A stretch of 64,000 nt of DNA, taken from positions 17,845 to 81,844 of the forward strand of contig JABCZW010000003.1 of assembly GCA_013289475.1 (NCBI GenBank). The letters run 5' to 3'. This document shows, in pieces, positions 20,424-30,917 of this stretch (positions are counted from its first letter, which is position 1; every line of letters begins with the position of its first letter). The translations under genes and the position numbers were made by a program. The notes beneath the pieces are model-generated. The model made no database searches. It saw only the letters and a list, made by a program, of their open reading frames with translations, and was not told where the DNA came from. The stretch comes from Bacteroidota bacterium (GTDB lineage: Bacteria > Bacteroidota > Bacteroidia > JABEUT01).

Positions 20424-20425
20424 TA

Positions 20426-21316
20426 TTAATTTAATTTAAAATCATGCCATTCATCAAATTTTTGCCCCGTAATTTCTCTCAACTTCGCTACCTCATCAAC
20501 TAACATTTGCTTTAGCCATTCTCTCTGGTCAGCAGTAATACCGGGTAACTCTTCGCGTTTTATAAAAAACTTCTCTACTACCTTATTTTTAGCCCGGCCA
20601 AAAAGTTTGTTTGGAAGGATAAAAGAAATACTTTTCATGAAACCGGGTGTTACATTAACTTTTTTTTCTGTTATACCGGCAAAAGTTTCTTTAATATCAT
20701 TTATATTGGACAAATTCAGAAAAGCAAAACATTCATTTAAGGTAGAAAGCGGTGCCGATTTCAATTGTTCAGTAGTAATAACATAAAGGTTCTCCCTGCC
20801 AAAAGCCTTTATATATTCCGCAACAGCACTTCCATAAAAACTTTCCTGCAAATAATTTTTGTAAGCACCGCCCTTTAATGGCTTGTTTGCATCAAACACC
20901 GCATTTCTGTCACTCATAATCTCGGCTTCAAAAGAGAGTGTTTCAAGTCCCATATTATTACGTATCCATGAAAAGTGAGAAAAAATCCGGTCAATGGGGT
21001 TACGCAATATAAATATAAATCTGGGGGCGGACAGGTCTTTTTTTATCCTTTCAACCGCAGCTTTAGAGATAAAGTAAGTAGTACTTGATTCGCCATAATA
21101 AACAATATCCTTTTTGGTATTGCATGTAAACAAAGCATTATGATAACCAATACCCTTGTTATATTCAGTATCTATTGCAAAATAATGAGGCTCTTTGTTT
21201 TCCGACATGCATATATTCGGGTGCTGGTTCAAATAAGCATGCAAGCTTGTAGTTCCCGATTTTCCTGCACCCGGAATAAGCAAATTGACTTTATATTCAG
21301 ATATATTCATTAGCAC
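20426..21316 (-). CDS. Sulfotransferase family protein
   Basis: 5'-PSB GAGKSGTTSL, KEPHYF, GESSTTY and 3'-PB LRNPIDRIFS motifs. Confidence 0.9.
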   Translation of the reverse strand: MLMNISEYKVNLLIPGAGKSGTTSLHAYLNQHPNICMSENKEPHYFAIDTEYNKGIGYHNALFTCNTKKDIVYYGESSTTYFISKAAVERIKKDLSAPRFIFILRNPIDRIFSHFSWIRNNMGLETLSFEAEIMSDRNAVFDANKPLKGGAYKNYLQESFYGSAVAEYIKAFGRENLYVITTEQLKSAPLSTLNECFAFLNLSNINDIKETFAGITEKKVNVTPGFMKSISFILPNKLFGRAKNKVVEKFFIKREELPGITADQREWLKQMLVDEVAKLREITGQKFDEWHDFKLN

Positions 21317-22551
21317 CTGGCTGAACGGACTTCAAATTCACTGTACACTTTGTCTTGCCTCAAGTTAGGTATAACGCCTCTCCCGAAATAGTCAGCTTCT
21401 TCAATATTAAGCCTGAACGCATCTTGAAGAGAATCAATAATTACTCCGCCTATTTTACTCTCGTAAATATTAATATGACAACTGTATTCACCCGGAGCAA
21501 GCTGGCACCGGGGCCAAATCCATGTGATCGTAGAGTCACCGGATAATTCAATCTCCTGCCTGTAATAGGCTGATGCTAATCCAAAAATTCGGTTACCGTT
21601 TAAATCGTTAATAACCAATGTTGCAAATGCGTTTGCCTGCCGTGACGGGTCTGAAGCTTTTACAGCAACCTGTATTCTTGCCTCTTCTCCACTCTTATAA
21701 ACTGCAACAGGTTCATTATCCTTGTTCAACAGCATATACGATGCTATGTGGAATTGTCCGTTTCCATACCTGTCTTTGCGGCTTAATAGTTCATCGCCGT
21801 TTTTATTAATATTTGAAAGGTTAAAATAAAACTGCACAGCTTTATCAGACGTATCGGCAAATACTAACTTACCCGATTGTAAAACAACGGCATTTTTACA
21901 TAATTGCGCCATTATGCCCAGGTTATGGCTTACAAACAAAATAGTTCTTCCTTCCCTGCCCACTTCTTCCATCTTACCCATGCATTTTTTCTGAAACTCC
22001 ATATCTCCAACTGCCAATACCTCGTCAATAACCAATATTTCGGGCTCAAGGAAAGCAGCCACGGAAAAAGCAAGGCGCAGTTGCATGCCACTGCTAAAAT
22101 GTTTTAACGGTGTGTCGAGGAATTTTTCAACTCCGCTAAAATCAACAATGGCATCAAACTTCGACTCTATTTCCTTTTTCTTCATTCCCAAAATAGAGCC
22201 ATTCAAAAAAATATTTTCCCTACCTGTAAGCTCGGGATGAAAACCCGTACCGACCTCGAGTAAACTTGCAATTCTTCCTCTCGATATAATTCTTCCTGAT
22301 GAAGGAGGTGTAATTTTTGAAAGTATTTTAAGCAATGTAGACTTCCCCGCCCCATTTTTACCAATTATACCAACACTTTCGCCAAGATTTACATTAAAGC
22401 TTATATCATTAAGTGCATAAAACTCCTCTACCGAAGATGAGTTGCGCTTAAATACAGATGTTACAGAATCGCGCAAGCTTAAATAAGGTTGTTTTTCGTG
22501 ATTTATACGAAATGTTTTGGATACATTTTTTATTTCCAGTATGGGCTTCAT
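21310..22551 (-). CDS. wzt: Polysaccharide ABC transporter ATPase with C-terminal Wzt_C domain
   Basis: Walker A GKNGAGKST, GFHPELTGREN, SSGMQLRLAF, IDEVLAVGD; ~170 aa C-terminal extension. Confidence 0.95.
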   Translation of the reverse strand: MKPILEIKNVSKTFRINHEKQPYLSLRDSVTSVFKRNSSSVEEFYALNDISFNVNLGESVGIIGKNGAGKSTLLKILSKITPPSSGRIISRGRIASLLEVGTGFHPELTGRENIFLNGSILGMKKKEIESKFDAIVDFSGVEKFLDTPLKHFSSGMQLRLAFSVAAFLEPEILVIDEVLAVGDMEFQKKCMGKMEEVGREGRTILFVSHNLGIMAQLCKNAVVLQSGKLVFADTSDKAVQFYFNLSNINKNGDELLSRKDRYGNGQFHIASYMLLNKDNEPVAVYKSGEEARIQVAVKASDPSRQANAFATLVINDLNGNRIFGLASAYYRQEIELSGDSTITWIWPRCQLAPGEYSCHINIYESKIGGVIIDSLQDAFRLNIEEADYFGRGVIPNLRQDKVYSEFEVRSARC

Positions 22552-22553
22552 CG

Positions 22554-23366
22554 CTATGCCAGATCAGCAAAATAAACTTCTGTTTTTCTAAAATAAAATA
22601 AGCCCACTATAAAAAAGAATAAAGCAGAACCGAAGCTTATATATAACAAGTTAAACTGCAACGCCTGTTCATTGAACCCTGAACGGAATAATTCAATAGC
22701 GCTGTACATTGGATTTACTGCCAATGCATATTGTATCCACCCGTTTGAAATTTTTGAAACCGGGTATATAACGGGGGTCAGAAACAATAAAGCCTGTACC
22801 ATAAAGGGAATTACATACCTGAAATCGCGATACTTTACGTTTAAGGCAGCCAACAATGAGCCCACTCCAAAGGTTGAAATAGAAGTAATGAATATACTTA
22901 CGACTAACATTACAGGGAACCAAACCAATGAAACATGAACCTGGTAGTAAATAAGTATTACAATAAAAATAACAAAGGCCATAATAAAATCGAACAAGGC
23001 AACAAGTATTGACGATATAGGTATAATAAGGCGTGGAAAATATATCTTCTTAATTATATTGGCATTGGTTACCATACTATTACCTGCATTTGTTAACCCC
23101 GTGGAAAACACAGTCCATAAAATAAGGCCCGAAAGTGCAAAAACAGGGTAAGGCAATCCTTCCTGAGGGCCACCCTTGCCAAAAAAGACTGTGAAAATTG
23201 CCATGAGTAATAATGGCTGAAAAATAGCCCAGGCAAACCCGAAAAAAGTCTGTTTGTATTTAACCTTAATATCACGCAGGGTAAAGAAAAAGAATAGCTC
23301 GCGGTATTGCCAGAGTTCTTTTACTCCAAGGCTCAGTTTTTCATGCGGCTTTATTTCATATTCCAT
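22554..23366 (-). CDS. wzm: Polysaccharide ABC transporter permease
   Basis: RDIKVKYKQT, KKIYFPR, YRDFRY, TPVIYP, FADLA motifs. Confidence 0.95.
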   Translation of the reverse strand: MEYEIKPHEKLSLGVKELWQYRELFFFFTLRDIKVKYKQTFFGFAWAIFQPLLLMAIFTVFFGKGGPQEGLPYPVFALSGLILWTVFSTGLTNAGNSMVTNANIIKKIYFPRLIIPISSILVALFDFIMAFVIFIVILIYYQVHVSLVWFPVMLVVSIFITSISTFGVGSLLAALNVKYRDFRYVIPFMVQALLFLTPVIYPVSKISNGWIQYALAVNPMYSAIELFRSGFNEQALQFNLLYISFGSALFFFIVGLFYFRKTEVYFADLA

Positions 23367-23372
23367 ATTTTA

Positions 23373-23380
23373 CAAATATA
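23373..23380 (-). promoter_or_regulatory. Bacteroidota -7 element (TATATTTG) heading the wzm operon
   Basis: CAAATATA on + strand, 6 bp upstream of the wzm ATG. Confidence 0.55.
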
Positions 23381-23504
23381 CAGATATCCTATGTAATCTC
23401 TTTATAAACAGGGCTAAAACATTAATTTAATACTACGCTGTTTTCGTGTATTCCTTATTTATTAAAATAGTATACTTTTGTGTCAATCATTAAACCTCCT
23501 TTAC

Positions 23505-24041
23505 ATGTATAAAAAATATATTATAGCCGGGCTTGTATGCGGCCTGTTTTCATTTACTTCATGCAAACACGCTAACGATGACGCTGAACCTGAATTGGGT
23601 GCAGGAATGATACGGATGGACCTTACCCCCCTTGGTATACCTGCCACTATTGACATACCTGATACAACAAAAAAACCGCATGCTATTGAAGCGTTGCCTT
23701 CTGGCGATATACATGTATCTGTTGATAGAGGATTTAATATGCTTATTAATGTATCGGGTATGGATATGGACCGCAAGAAAAAGGACATAGCCGGTAATGA
23801 TGTAGATAAATTCCAGAGTTGGGTAGTACAGGATAGCAATGCTATTTTATACAAAACCCAAATGGTTAACGAAGAATTCCATTTTTATTCAATAATAAAG
23901 AAAGGCGGTAAAGCTTTTTATGCTTACGACCAAACCCAGGGCAGCGATGGTAATGTAACCAACTTTAGTCAGAAGCAAGCGCATGACATGCTTGATGCTG
24001 CAAAGACATTACATATGCTTAAACCGGCTGCAAAGAGCTAA
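23505..24041 (+). CDS. Hypothetical lipoprotein
   Basis: MYKKYIIAGLVCGLFSFTSC signal/lipobox; TACTTTTG box at 23473-23480 favours ATG 23505. Confidence 0.7.
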   Translation: MYKKYIIAGLVCGLFSFTSCKHANDDAEPELGAGMIRMDLTPLGIPATIDIPDTTKKPHAIEALPSGDIHVSVDRGFNMLINVSGMDMDRKKKDIAGNDVDKFQSWVVQDSNAILYKTQMVNEEFHFYSIIKKGGKAFYAYDQTQGSDGNVTNFSQKQAHDMLDAAKTLHMLKPAAKS

Positions 24042-24052
24042 AGAAGTAAAAT

Positions 24053-24346
24053 TTATTTCTTATCAATAACCTTAGGGGCTTTGATATAGTCAGAGTCCCT
24101 TTTAGGTGCATTTTTCAATGCTTCCTGCTGCGTAATTACTTGCTTCACTTCGTCGTCGCGCATTACGTTCGTGGTATCATTCAAGTACACCAGTGGCTCA
24201 ACAGATGTGGTATCGATCTCGTTTAGTTTTTCTACAAACCCTACGATACGGTTAAGGTCGTTTACAATCTCGTTGCGCGAAGCATCATCGAATTCAAGCT
24301 TGGCTAAATCAGCAAGTTTATCAACTGTTTTCGAATCAATTTTCAT
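24053..24346 (-). CDS. gatC: Asp/Glu-tRNA amidotransferase subunit C
   Basis: LADLAKLEF, VEKLNEIDTTSVEPL, ALKNAP, PKVI; TAATTTTG box at 24351-24358. Confidence 0.95.
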   Translation of the reverse strand: MKIDSKTVDKLADLAKLEFDDASRNEIVNDLNRIVGFVEKLNEIDTTSVEPLVYLNDTTNVMRDDEVKQVITQQEALKNAPKRDSDYIKAPKVIDKK

Positions 24347-24363
24347 ACCTCAAAATTAGTTTT

Positions 24364-25533
24364 TTAGTTAACAACCATATACGGGTAGCGCACACTGTAC
24401 TGCTTTCTTACTTCACTCAACAAAACCGAACGTAATTCCTCAACATTGGTCCTGTTAGCCGCAGATACAAATACACAGGGCTCATGAGATTTTTGAATGA
24501 ATGAGTTCTTAAACCCTTCTAAAGAAAGCGGAACCATTTCATCTTCTTCCTCGTTTTGTATACGGTACAGGTCCATTTTATTAAAAACAGTTAGCATAGG
24601 CTTATCGGCACATTTAAGTTCGGTAAGGGTTTGCTTAACAATCTTTATATGCTCTTCAAATGAAGGATGCGAAACATCTACCACATGCAATAACAAATCG
24701 GCTTCCCTAACCTCATCCAGCGTTGACTTAAAAGACTCGATTAAGAATGTAGGTAGTTTCCTGATAAAACCTACTGTATCAGAAAGCAGGAATGTTGTAT
24801 TATCAAATGTCACTTTGCGCACTGTTGTATCCAATGTTGCAAAAAGAGCGTTTTCGGCAAATACGTTTGAATGGCTCAACATATTCATTATTGTTGACTT
24901 ACCGGCATTGGTATAACCAACCAATGAAACGCGAATGAGCTGCCCCCTGTTTCTGCGTTGTGTTGTCATCTGTCTGTCAACATCCACAAGCCTGTCTCTT
25001 AACAAGGCAATACGCTTACGTATACGCCTTCTGTCAGTTTCTATTTCCGACTCACCGGGGCCACGTAAACCAATACCACCACGTTGTTTTTCCAAGTGTG
25101 TCCACATACCCATTAGGCGTGGTAACAGATATTCGTATTGTGCTAATTCTACCTGCGTTTTGGCATAAGCTGTTTGTGCCCGGTCGGCAAAAATATCGAG
25201 GATAAGGCCAGTACGGTCAAGTATCTTGCGTTTAAACTCAGCTTCTAAGTTACGCTGCTGCGAAGGAGAAAGTTCATCATCAAAAATTACCAGATCAACT
25301 TCCTTATGTTCCTCTATATATGCTTGTATCTCCTTTACCTTGCCGCTGCCAATAAGAAAAGCAGGATCGAAACGGCTAAGGTTTTGGGTGAATATTTTAA
25401 CCGGGGTTGCTCCTGCTGTATGGCAGAGCATGGTAAGTTCATCTAAATATTCGGTAAGCTGTTCTTTAGGCTGATCTTTATGACCAATGCCTACCAGTAT
25501 TGCTTTCTCCTTACCTCTTACGCGCTCAATCAT
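24364..25533 (-). CDS. hflX: Ribosome-splitting GTPase HflX
   Basis: QQRNLE, LILDIFA, RGPGESEIETDRR, GYTNAGKST, LFATLD, DTVGFI, NKMD. Confidence 0.97.
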   Translation of the reverse strand: MIERVRGKEKAILVGIGHKDQPKEQLTEYLDELTMLCHTAGATPVKIFTQNLSRFDPAFLIGSGKVKEIQAYIEEHKEVDLVIFDDELSPSQQRNLEAEFKRKILDRTGLILDIFADRAQTAYAKTQVELAQYEYLLPRLMGMWTHLEKQRGGIGLRGPGESEIETDRRRIRKRIALLRDRLVDVDRQMTTQRRNRGQLIRVSLVGYTNAGKSTIMNMLSHSNVFAENALFATLDTTVRKVTFDNTTFLLSDTVGFIRKLPTFLIESFKSTLDEVREADLLLHVVDVSHPSFEEHIKIVKQTLTELKCADKPMLTVFNKMDLYRIQNEEEDEMVPLSLEGFKNSFIQKSHEPCVFVSAANRTNVEELRSVLLSEVRKQYSVRYPYMVVN

Positions 25534-25544
25534 GTACTATGCTA

Positions 25545-25982
25545 TTAAAACCAAGGGCGGTGTACCATCATGAACGGCCAAGGGATGGCCGCAAATATCA
25601 CCACTAAAGCTATAAGAAAAAACCAAAATGCTTTTTTAAACTTGGCCGAATCGGTAGCTGCTTTTTTGCTGCTTATGCGGCCAATTGTAATAAGTGCAAT
25701 GGCTATTAACATCATTACTGAGTGTTCCATAGTAAAGAAACGCAACTGGTCATCTTTCATGGCTGCACCTGTAAACATTACCATTGGGCTAATAAAGTAA
25801 AGTACTATACCAACCAGTAATTGGGTATGGGTGGATATTAACAGGAACAAACTTATTTTATTATCGGAAGGAGCATAGGCGCGCTTCGACATCATGCCGT
25901 TTAGCGATTTGAATATGGCTGCCAACAGCAATAAAAGAACGATCCAACGGAGGAAAGAGTGAATTTGTATTAATAAGCCCAT
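25545..25982 (-). CDS. Conserved 4-TM membrane protein (often annotated cytochrome B-like in Bacteroidota)
   Basis: HSFLRW, HTQLLVG, RFFTMEH, AIPWP; TAATTTTG box at 26003-26010. Confidence 0.7.
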   Translation of the reverse strand: MGLLIQIHSFLRWIVLLLLLAAIFKSLNGMMSKRAYAPSDNKISLFLLISTHTQLLVGIVLYFISPMVMFTGAAMKDDQLRFFTMEHSVMMLIAIALITIGRISSKKAATDSAKFKKAFWFFLIALVVIFAAIPWPFMMVHRPWF

Positions 25983-26065
25983 TATAAATAAGATTTAGAT
26001 AGCAAAATTAGCAAAATTGCCATAGCCTTGCTTACTTTGCGCCCGAATTAGCTCACCTTGACCCT

Positions 26066-29000
26066 ATGAAAAAATTACTTCCCTTATTAAGTATCTCATT
26101 TTTACTGACTACCTATGTTGTAGCGCAGCAAACAATGCCTCTTAACGGCACGCACGATGTACGTCATAGCTATTATGCATTTACTCATGCGCATATTTAC
26201 CAGGACTATGCTACTGTGCTTGACGATGCCACACTTTTAATAAAAGATGGCAACATTATAGACATTGGCACCAATGTTACCCTTCCGAAAGGAACGGTTG
26301 TTTACGATTGCAAAGGCAAAACTATTTATCCTTCTTTTATTGACTTATATACAAGTTACGGCATGCCCGCAATACCAGCAGATAAACGCCCGCACAGGGG
26401 TTATTTCCCGCAAATGACAAGCACTACTCCGGGTGCCTTCGATGCCAACCAAGCCATCCGCCCGGAAGAGAATGCCGAACAGTCGTTCAACACCAATTCT
26501 GCCGATGCTGCACAATACAGGAATTTAGGGTTTGGGGTTGCACTAACATCTTACCACGATGGAATTGCGCAAGGTTCTTTTGCCTTGGTAACATTAGCTG
26601 ACACCAACGACCACGAGGCCATACTTAGCGGTAAAGCAGCAGCCGGTTATTCTTTAAGCAAAGGATCTTCAACCCAGGAGTATCCGTCTTCGTTAATGGG
26701 ATCTATTGGTGTTTTGCGCCAGGCATATTATGATGCGGCGTGGTACAAAACCAGCAAACATAAAACCGAATACAATATTTCGTTAGAGGCTTTCAATAAC
26801 CTGCAGTCATTACCGCAGATATTTAAGGTAGATAATAAGCTATCTATTTTAAGGGCAGATAAAATTGCCCGCGAGTTTAATGTAAACTACATTATTAAGG
26901 GCGATGGCGACGAATACCAATTGCTTGATGCCATTAAAAACACAAACAGGCAATTTATTGTTCCGCTCAACTTCCCCGACAAACCCAATGTGCAGGACCC
27001 TTATGATGCATTGATGGTAAGTAGCACTGCACTCATGAGCTGGCAAATGGCTGCACTTAACCCAGGCGCTATGGAAAAAGCGGGCATGACCTTTGCACTT
27101 ACAACCGATGGACTTAAAGATAAAAATGCTTTTTGGGTTAACCTGCGTAAGGCAGTAAAATTAGGGCTATCGGTGCAGGGAGCATTAAAAGCGCTGACCT
27201 ATACGCCAGCACAAATGATGCATATGCAGGATAAAATCGGTTCACTGAAAAAAGGAATGATGGCCAACTTTATTATCACTTCGGGTGATATGTTTAAGCC
27301 GGGCACCGTTATTTATTCTAACTGGATACGTGGTAACCCTAACCAGGTAAATGATACTACCAATGTTGATCTGCATGGTAATTACACCCTTACCATTAAT
27401 GGCAACCAAACGTATACCCTGCAAATAAAAGGCGATATAACCAATGCGAATGCCACAGTATTTGATGCACAGAGGCACAACATTGTTACATACATACATG
27501 TTTCAAACCCGATGGTTACTATTTCCTTCAGGTCGAGAACAGATAGTATTTATGCATTCAGGTTAAATGGTACGTTGTCGAATGATAATAAAACCATGAG
27601 CGGTACAGGTATGGAAGGCATGCAGCCCTTAACATGGCAGGCAACATACACAAGTCCTGTTTCGGCCGACACTATTCATGAACCCATATTAACTATACCA
27701 ACATTGGATGATGTGAGATATCCCTTCCAGGCTTATGGCAGGACAAAAGATGAACAGGATTCTATACAAAAGGTTGACAAAGAATTTGTAATACGCAATG
27801 CAACCGTTTGGACCGGCGAAGGCGACAGCGCTTTGCTGAATACCGATGTGTATGTAAAAGACGGCAAGATAGAAGCAGTAGGTAAAAAACTTACCGTACC
27901 TAAAGATGCAACTGTAATTGATGGGACAGGTAAATATTTAACCGCAGGTATTATTGACGAACATTCGCATATTGCTATTGAAGGCGGAGTAAATGAAGGT
28001 TCCGAAGCCTGCAGTTCTGAAGTACGCATAGGCGATGTAATTAATTCGGAAGATATAAGCATATACAGGAGTTTGGCCGGCGGTGTTGTGGCTGCACAAC
28101 TATTGCATGGCTCAGCAAACCCTATTGGCGGGCAAAGCGGAATTGTAAAACTCCGCTGGGGAGTTATACCCGAACAAATGAAAATACAATACGCAGTTCC
28201 GTTTATAAAATTTGCTTTAGGCGAAAACGTAAAGCAAGCCAACTGGGGCGACCAGTTTGTGGTGCGCTACCCGCAAACACGCATGGGTGTTGAGCAGTTT
28301 TATTACGACAGGTTTATACATGCCCGTGAATACGAAGCAGCATGGAAGGCATACAATTCTGCAAAAGACAAAAATGCAATGGATGAGCCACGCAGAGATT
28401 TAGAAATGGATGCGCTTGTACAGATATTAAATGGAGAACGTTTTATTACCTGCCACTCTTATGTGCAGTCTGAAATTAATATGCTAATGCATGTGGCTGA
28501 CTCTATGCACTTCCAGTTCAATACATTCACACACGGGCTTGAAGCATATAAGGTAGCTGATAAAATTGCAACACGCCATATTGGTGTTTCATGCTTTGCT
28601 GACTGGTGGGCATATAAAATAGAAGTTATGGAAGCCATACCATATAATGCTGCCATTACAACTAAAATGGGAATCGTTACAGCCATCAATTCAGATGATG
28701 ATGAAATGCAGCGCCGCCTGAACCAAGAAGCTGCCAAGACAGTAAAATATGGAGGATTAACTGAACAACAGGCATGGAGAACAGTAACACTTAACCCTGC
28801 TAAACTTTTGCACCTCGATGCACATACCGGCAGTATTAAAGTAGGTAAAGATGCTGACCTTGTTCTCTGGTCTGCCGACCCATTATCGGTTTATGCAATG
28901 GCAGAAAAAACTTTTGTGGATGGTATTTGCGAGTTTGACAGAGCAGATGATGCTAACATGCGTAAAGAAATTGCTGAAGTGAGAGCAGATATTATTAACC

Positions 29001-29071
29001 AGGTATTGAAGGACCCAAGCAAACCACTACCTCCATCAAAACCTGTTGGCCAAAGAAGAAAGATAAAATAG
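26066..29071 (+). CDS. Secreted double-domain amidohydrolase family protein
   Basis: Signal peptide; two amidohydrolase domains; C-terminal one has IIDEHSHI, LHGSANPIGG, CHSY, INSDD, GSIKVGKDAD. Confidence 0.88.
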   Translation: MKKLLPLLSISFLLTTYVVAQQTMPLNGTHDVRHSYYAFTHAHIYQDYATVLDDATLLIKDGNIIDIGTNVTLPKGTVVYDCKGKTIYPSFIDLYTSYGMPAIPADKRPHRGYFPQMTSTTPGAFDANQAIRPEENAEQSFNTNSADAAQYRNLGFGVALTSYHDGIAQGSFALVTLADTNDHEAILSGKAAAGYSLSKGSSTQEYPSSLMGSIGVLRQAYYDAAWYKTSKHKTEYNISLEAFNNLQSLPQIFKVDNKLSILRADKIAREFNVNYIIKGDGDEYQLLDAIKNTNRQFIVPLNFPDKPNVQDPYDALMVSSTALMSWQMAALNPGAMEKAGMTFALTTDGLKDKNAFWVNLRKAVKLGLSVQGALKALTYTPAQMMHMQDKIGSLKKGMMANFIITSGDMFKPGTVIYSNWIRGNPNQVNDTTNVDLHGNYTLTINGNQTYTLQIKGDITNANATVFDAQRHNIVTYIHVSNPMVTISFRSRTDSIYAFRLNGTLSNDNKTMSGTGMEGMQPLTWQATYTSPVSADTIHEPILTIPTLDDVRYPFQAYGRTKDEQDSIQKVDKEFVIRNATVWTGEGDSALLNTDVYVKDGKIEAVGKKLTVPKDATVIDGTGKYLTAGIIDEHSHIAIEGGVNEGSEACSSEVRIGDVINSEDISIYRSLAGGVVAAQLLHGSANPIGGQSGIVKLRWGVIPEQMKIQYAVPFIKFALGENVKQANWGDQFVVRYPQTRMGVEQFYYDRFIHAREYEAAWKAYNSAKDKNAMDEPRRDLEMDALVQILNGERFITCHSYVQSEINMLMHVADSMHFQFNTFTHGLEAYKVADKIATRHIGVSCFADWWAYKIEVMEAIPYNAAITTKMGIVTAINSDDDEMQRRLNQEAAKTVKYGGLTEQQAWRTVTLNPAKLLHLDAHTGSIKVGKDADLVLWSADPLSVYAMAEKTFVDGICEFDRADDANMRKEIAEVRADIINQVLKDPSKPLPPSKPVGQRRKIK

Positions 29072-29151
29072 TATTAGGTAATGAGAATTGAGTATAGAGA
29101 AATAGTAAAGCGTATTTAATTATTGAACGAGTTTATTTAAACAGATATATC

Positions 29152-30465
29152 ATGAAAAATTTAGCCCTAACCTTTTCACTTTTAGTTTTTAGCTTTTCAC
29201 TCTCTTTAGCTCAGCAGCCTACGCCTGCACCCAAAGAATCAAAAAGTATTTTGCTGATGAACGGCACTGTGCATATTGGTAATGGTAAAGTGATACAAAA
29301 TGGAGTAGTTGGCATAAAAGATGGCAAGATCATACTTGTTGGCGATGCAACAACAACCATGGTAAAGAAGGATGCTTACGATACCACCATTAACTGTTTT
29401 GGCAAGCAAATTTACCCCGGCTTTATTGCACCCGATTGTACACTAGGTTTAGTAGAAACAGAATCGGTACGTGCTGAAACAGATGTAGCAGATATTGGAC
29501 AGTTGAACCCTGAACTACGTACCTTGACAACGTATAATACCGATTCGAAAATTACTCCCGTAGTAAGAATCAATGGGGTACTTACTGCACAAATAACTCC
29601 ACGCGGAGAACTTATTACCGGCACTTCTTCTGTAATGAATTTAGATGGATGGAACTGGGAAGATGCACAGTACAAAGCCGATGACGGTGTACACATGAAC
29701 TGGCCGAAAATAATGAGCAGGATACGCCTGAATGAGGATGAACTGGGCGGATATGTTGACAATAAGAACTATGACAAACAGGTGCAGGTTCTGCAAAAAT
29801 TCTTTGCCGATGCGCAGGCATATAACCAGCAGACTACGCATGACGAAAACAATACCAAGTTCGAAGCTATGAAGGGTATATTCAGCGGTAGCCAAACCCT
29901 GTTTATACATACTGATTATGTGAAAGAAATATTGGCAGCCATTACCATGATAAAAGGTTTTAACATTCCTAAAATAGTGTTGGTTGGTGGCCGCGATTCA
30001 TGGATGATAACAGGCTTTTTAAAACAAAACAATATCTCGGTTATTGTAAGAAGGTTACACAGCCAACCCGGTACACCTGAAGGAGATGTGGATGAAACCT
30101 ACAAACTGCCTGCCGAATTGCAAAAAGCAGGAATTTTATTCTGCCTTGGAACAGCAGGCGATATGGAACAAAATGCTACCCGTAATTTGCCCTTTTTAGC
30201 AGGCACCGCTGCCACCTATGGGTTAACACAGGAAGAAGCCATACAATCTATAACCCTGAATGCCGCTAAAATATTGGGCATTGATAACCAATTGGGCTCG
30301 GTAGAAGAAGGGAAAGATGCCAACATAATTATATCATCGGGTGATGCACTTGATATGCGAACCAATAATATTATTTGGGCATGTATCAAAGGCAAAGCAT
30401 TGCAATTAACCAGTGTGCAGACTGCCCTTTATAATAAGTACATGAATAAGTACGGGCTGAAATAA
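29152..30465 (+). CDS. Secreted amidohydrolase-fold protein (metal motif degenerate)
   Basis: Signal peptide; IYPGFIAP, RNLPFLAG, TLNAAKILG, GSVEEGKDA. Confidence 0.85.
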   Translation: MKNLALTFSLLVFSFSLSLAQQPTPAPKESKSILLMNGTVHIGNGKVIQNGVVGIKDGKIILVGDATTTMVKKDAYDTTINCFGKQIYPGFIAPDCTLGLVETESVRAETDVADIGQLNPELRTLTTYNTDSKITPVVRINGVLTAQITPRGELITGTSSVMNLDGWNWEDAQYKADDGVHMNWPKIMSRIRLNEDELGGYVDNKNYDKQVQVLQKFFADAQAYNQQTTHDENNTKFEAMKGIFSGSQTLFIHTDYVKEILAAITMIKGFNIPKIVLVGGRDSWMITGFLKQNNISVIVRRLHSQPGTPEGDVDETYKLPAELQKAGILFCLGTAGDMEQNATRNLPFLAGTAATYGLTQEEAIQSITLNAAKILGIDNQLGSVEEGKDANIIISSGDALDMRTNNIIWACIKGKALQLTSVQTALYNKYMNKYGLK

Positions 30466-30503
30466 TAGGATTATTAGGAATCCGACCACTTAAAAATAGA
30501 GGT

Positions 30504-30776
30504 ATGTTTCGTATTATAATTATTTCGTTATATATTTTAGTTCCGCTAATTTCAACGCTAGTTTTTAAGCAATTGAGAATTAAGTGGTGGAAATACTTAA
30601 CTTATATTTTTACCCTTATATTGCTATTCTTTTGCCCATCCATTGTTTTTTATTTACATCCTATGCCTCATATGGAGTGTGGTATGTTTTATGGTGCAAT
30701 ATTCTTAGGTAATACATTTATTGGCTTACCAATTGCCGCTTTAATACAATTTCTATTTAATAACCTATTAGTGTAA
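30504..30776 (+). CDS. Small hypothetical 3-TM membrane protein
   Basis: 90-aa hydrophobic ORF with ECGM loop, ATG preceded by GAGGT, co-oriented with upstream genes. Confidence 0.6.
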   Translation: MFRIIIISLYILVPLISTLVFKQLRIKWWKYLTYIFTLILLFFCPSIVFYLHPMPHMECGMFYGAIFLGNTFIGLPIAALIQFLFNNLLV

Positions 30777-30909
30777 ATAGGTATATCATTGCAAAAATCC
30801 ATTTCGAATAAAAAGTATTTGCCACTATCCACCAAAATTATTTACTGTCAAGTTTTTAGACTGTTCAAAAATTAATAAACATTTTATTCCATATATTATA
30901 TTTATTGAC

Positions 30910-30917
30910 TATATTTG
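30910..30917 (+). promoter_or_regulatory. Candidate -7 element (TATATTTG) in long intergenic region
   Basis: TAnnTTTG match with no long ORF directly downstream. Confidence 0.4.
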
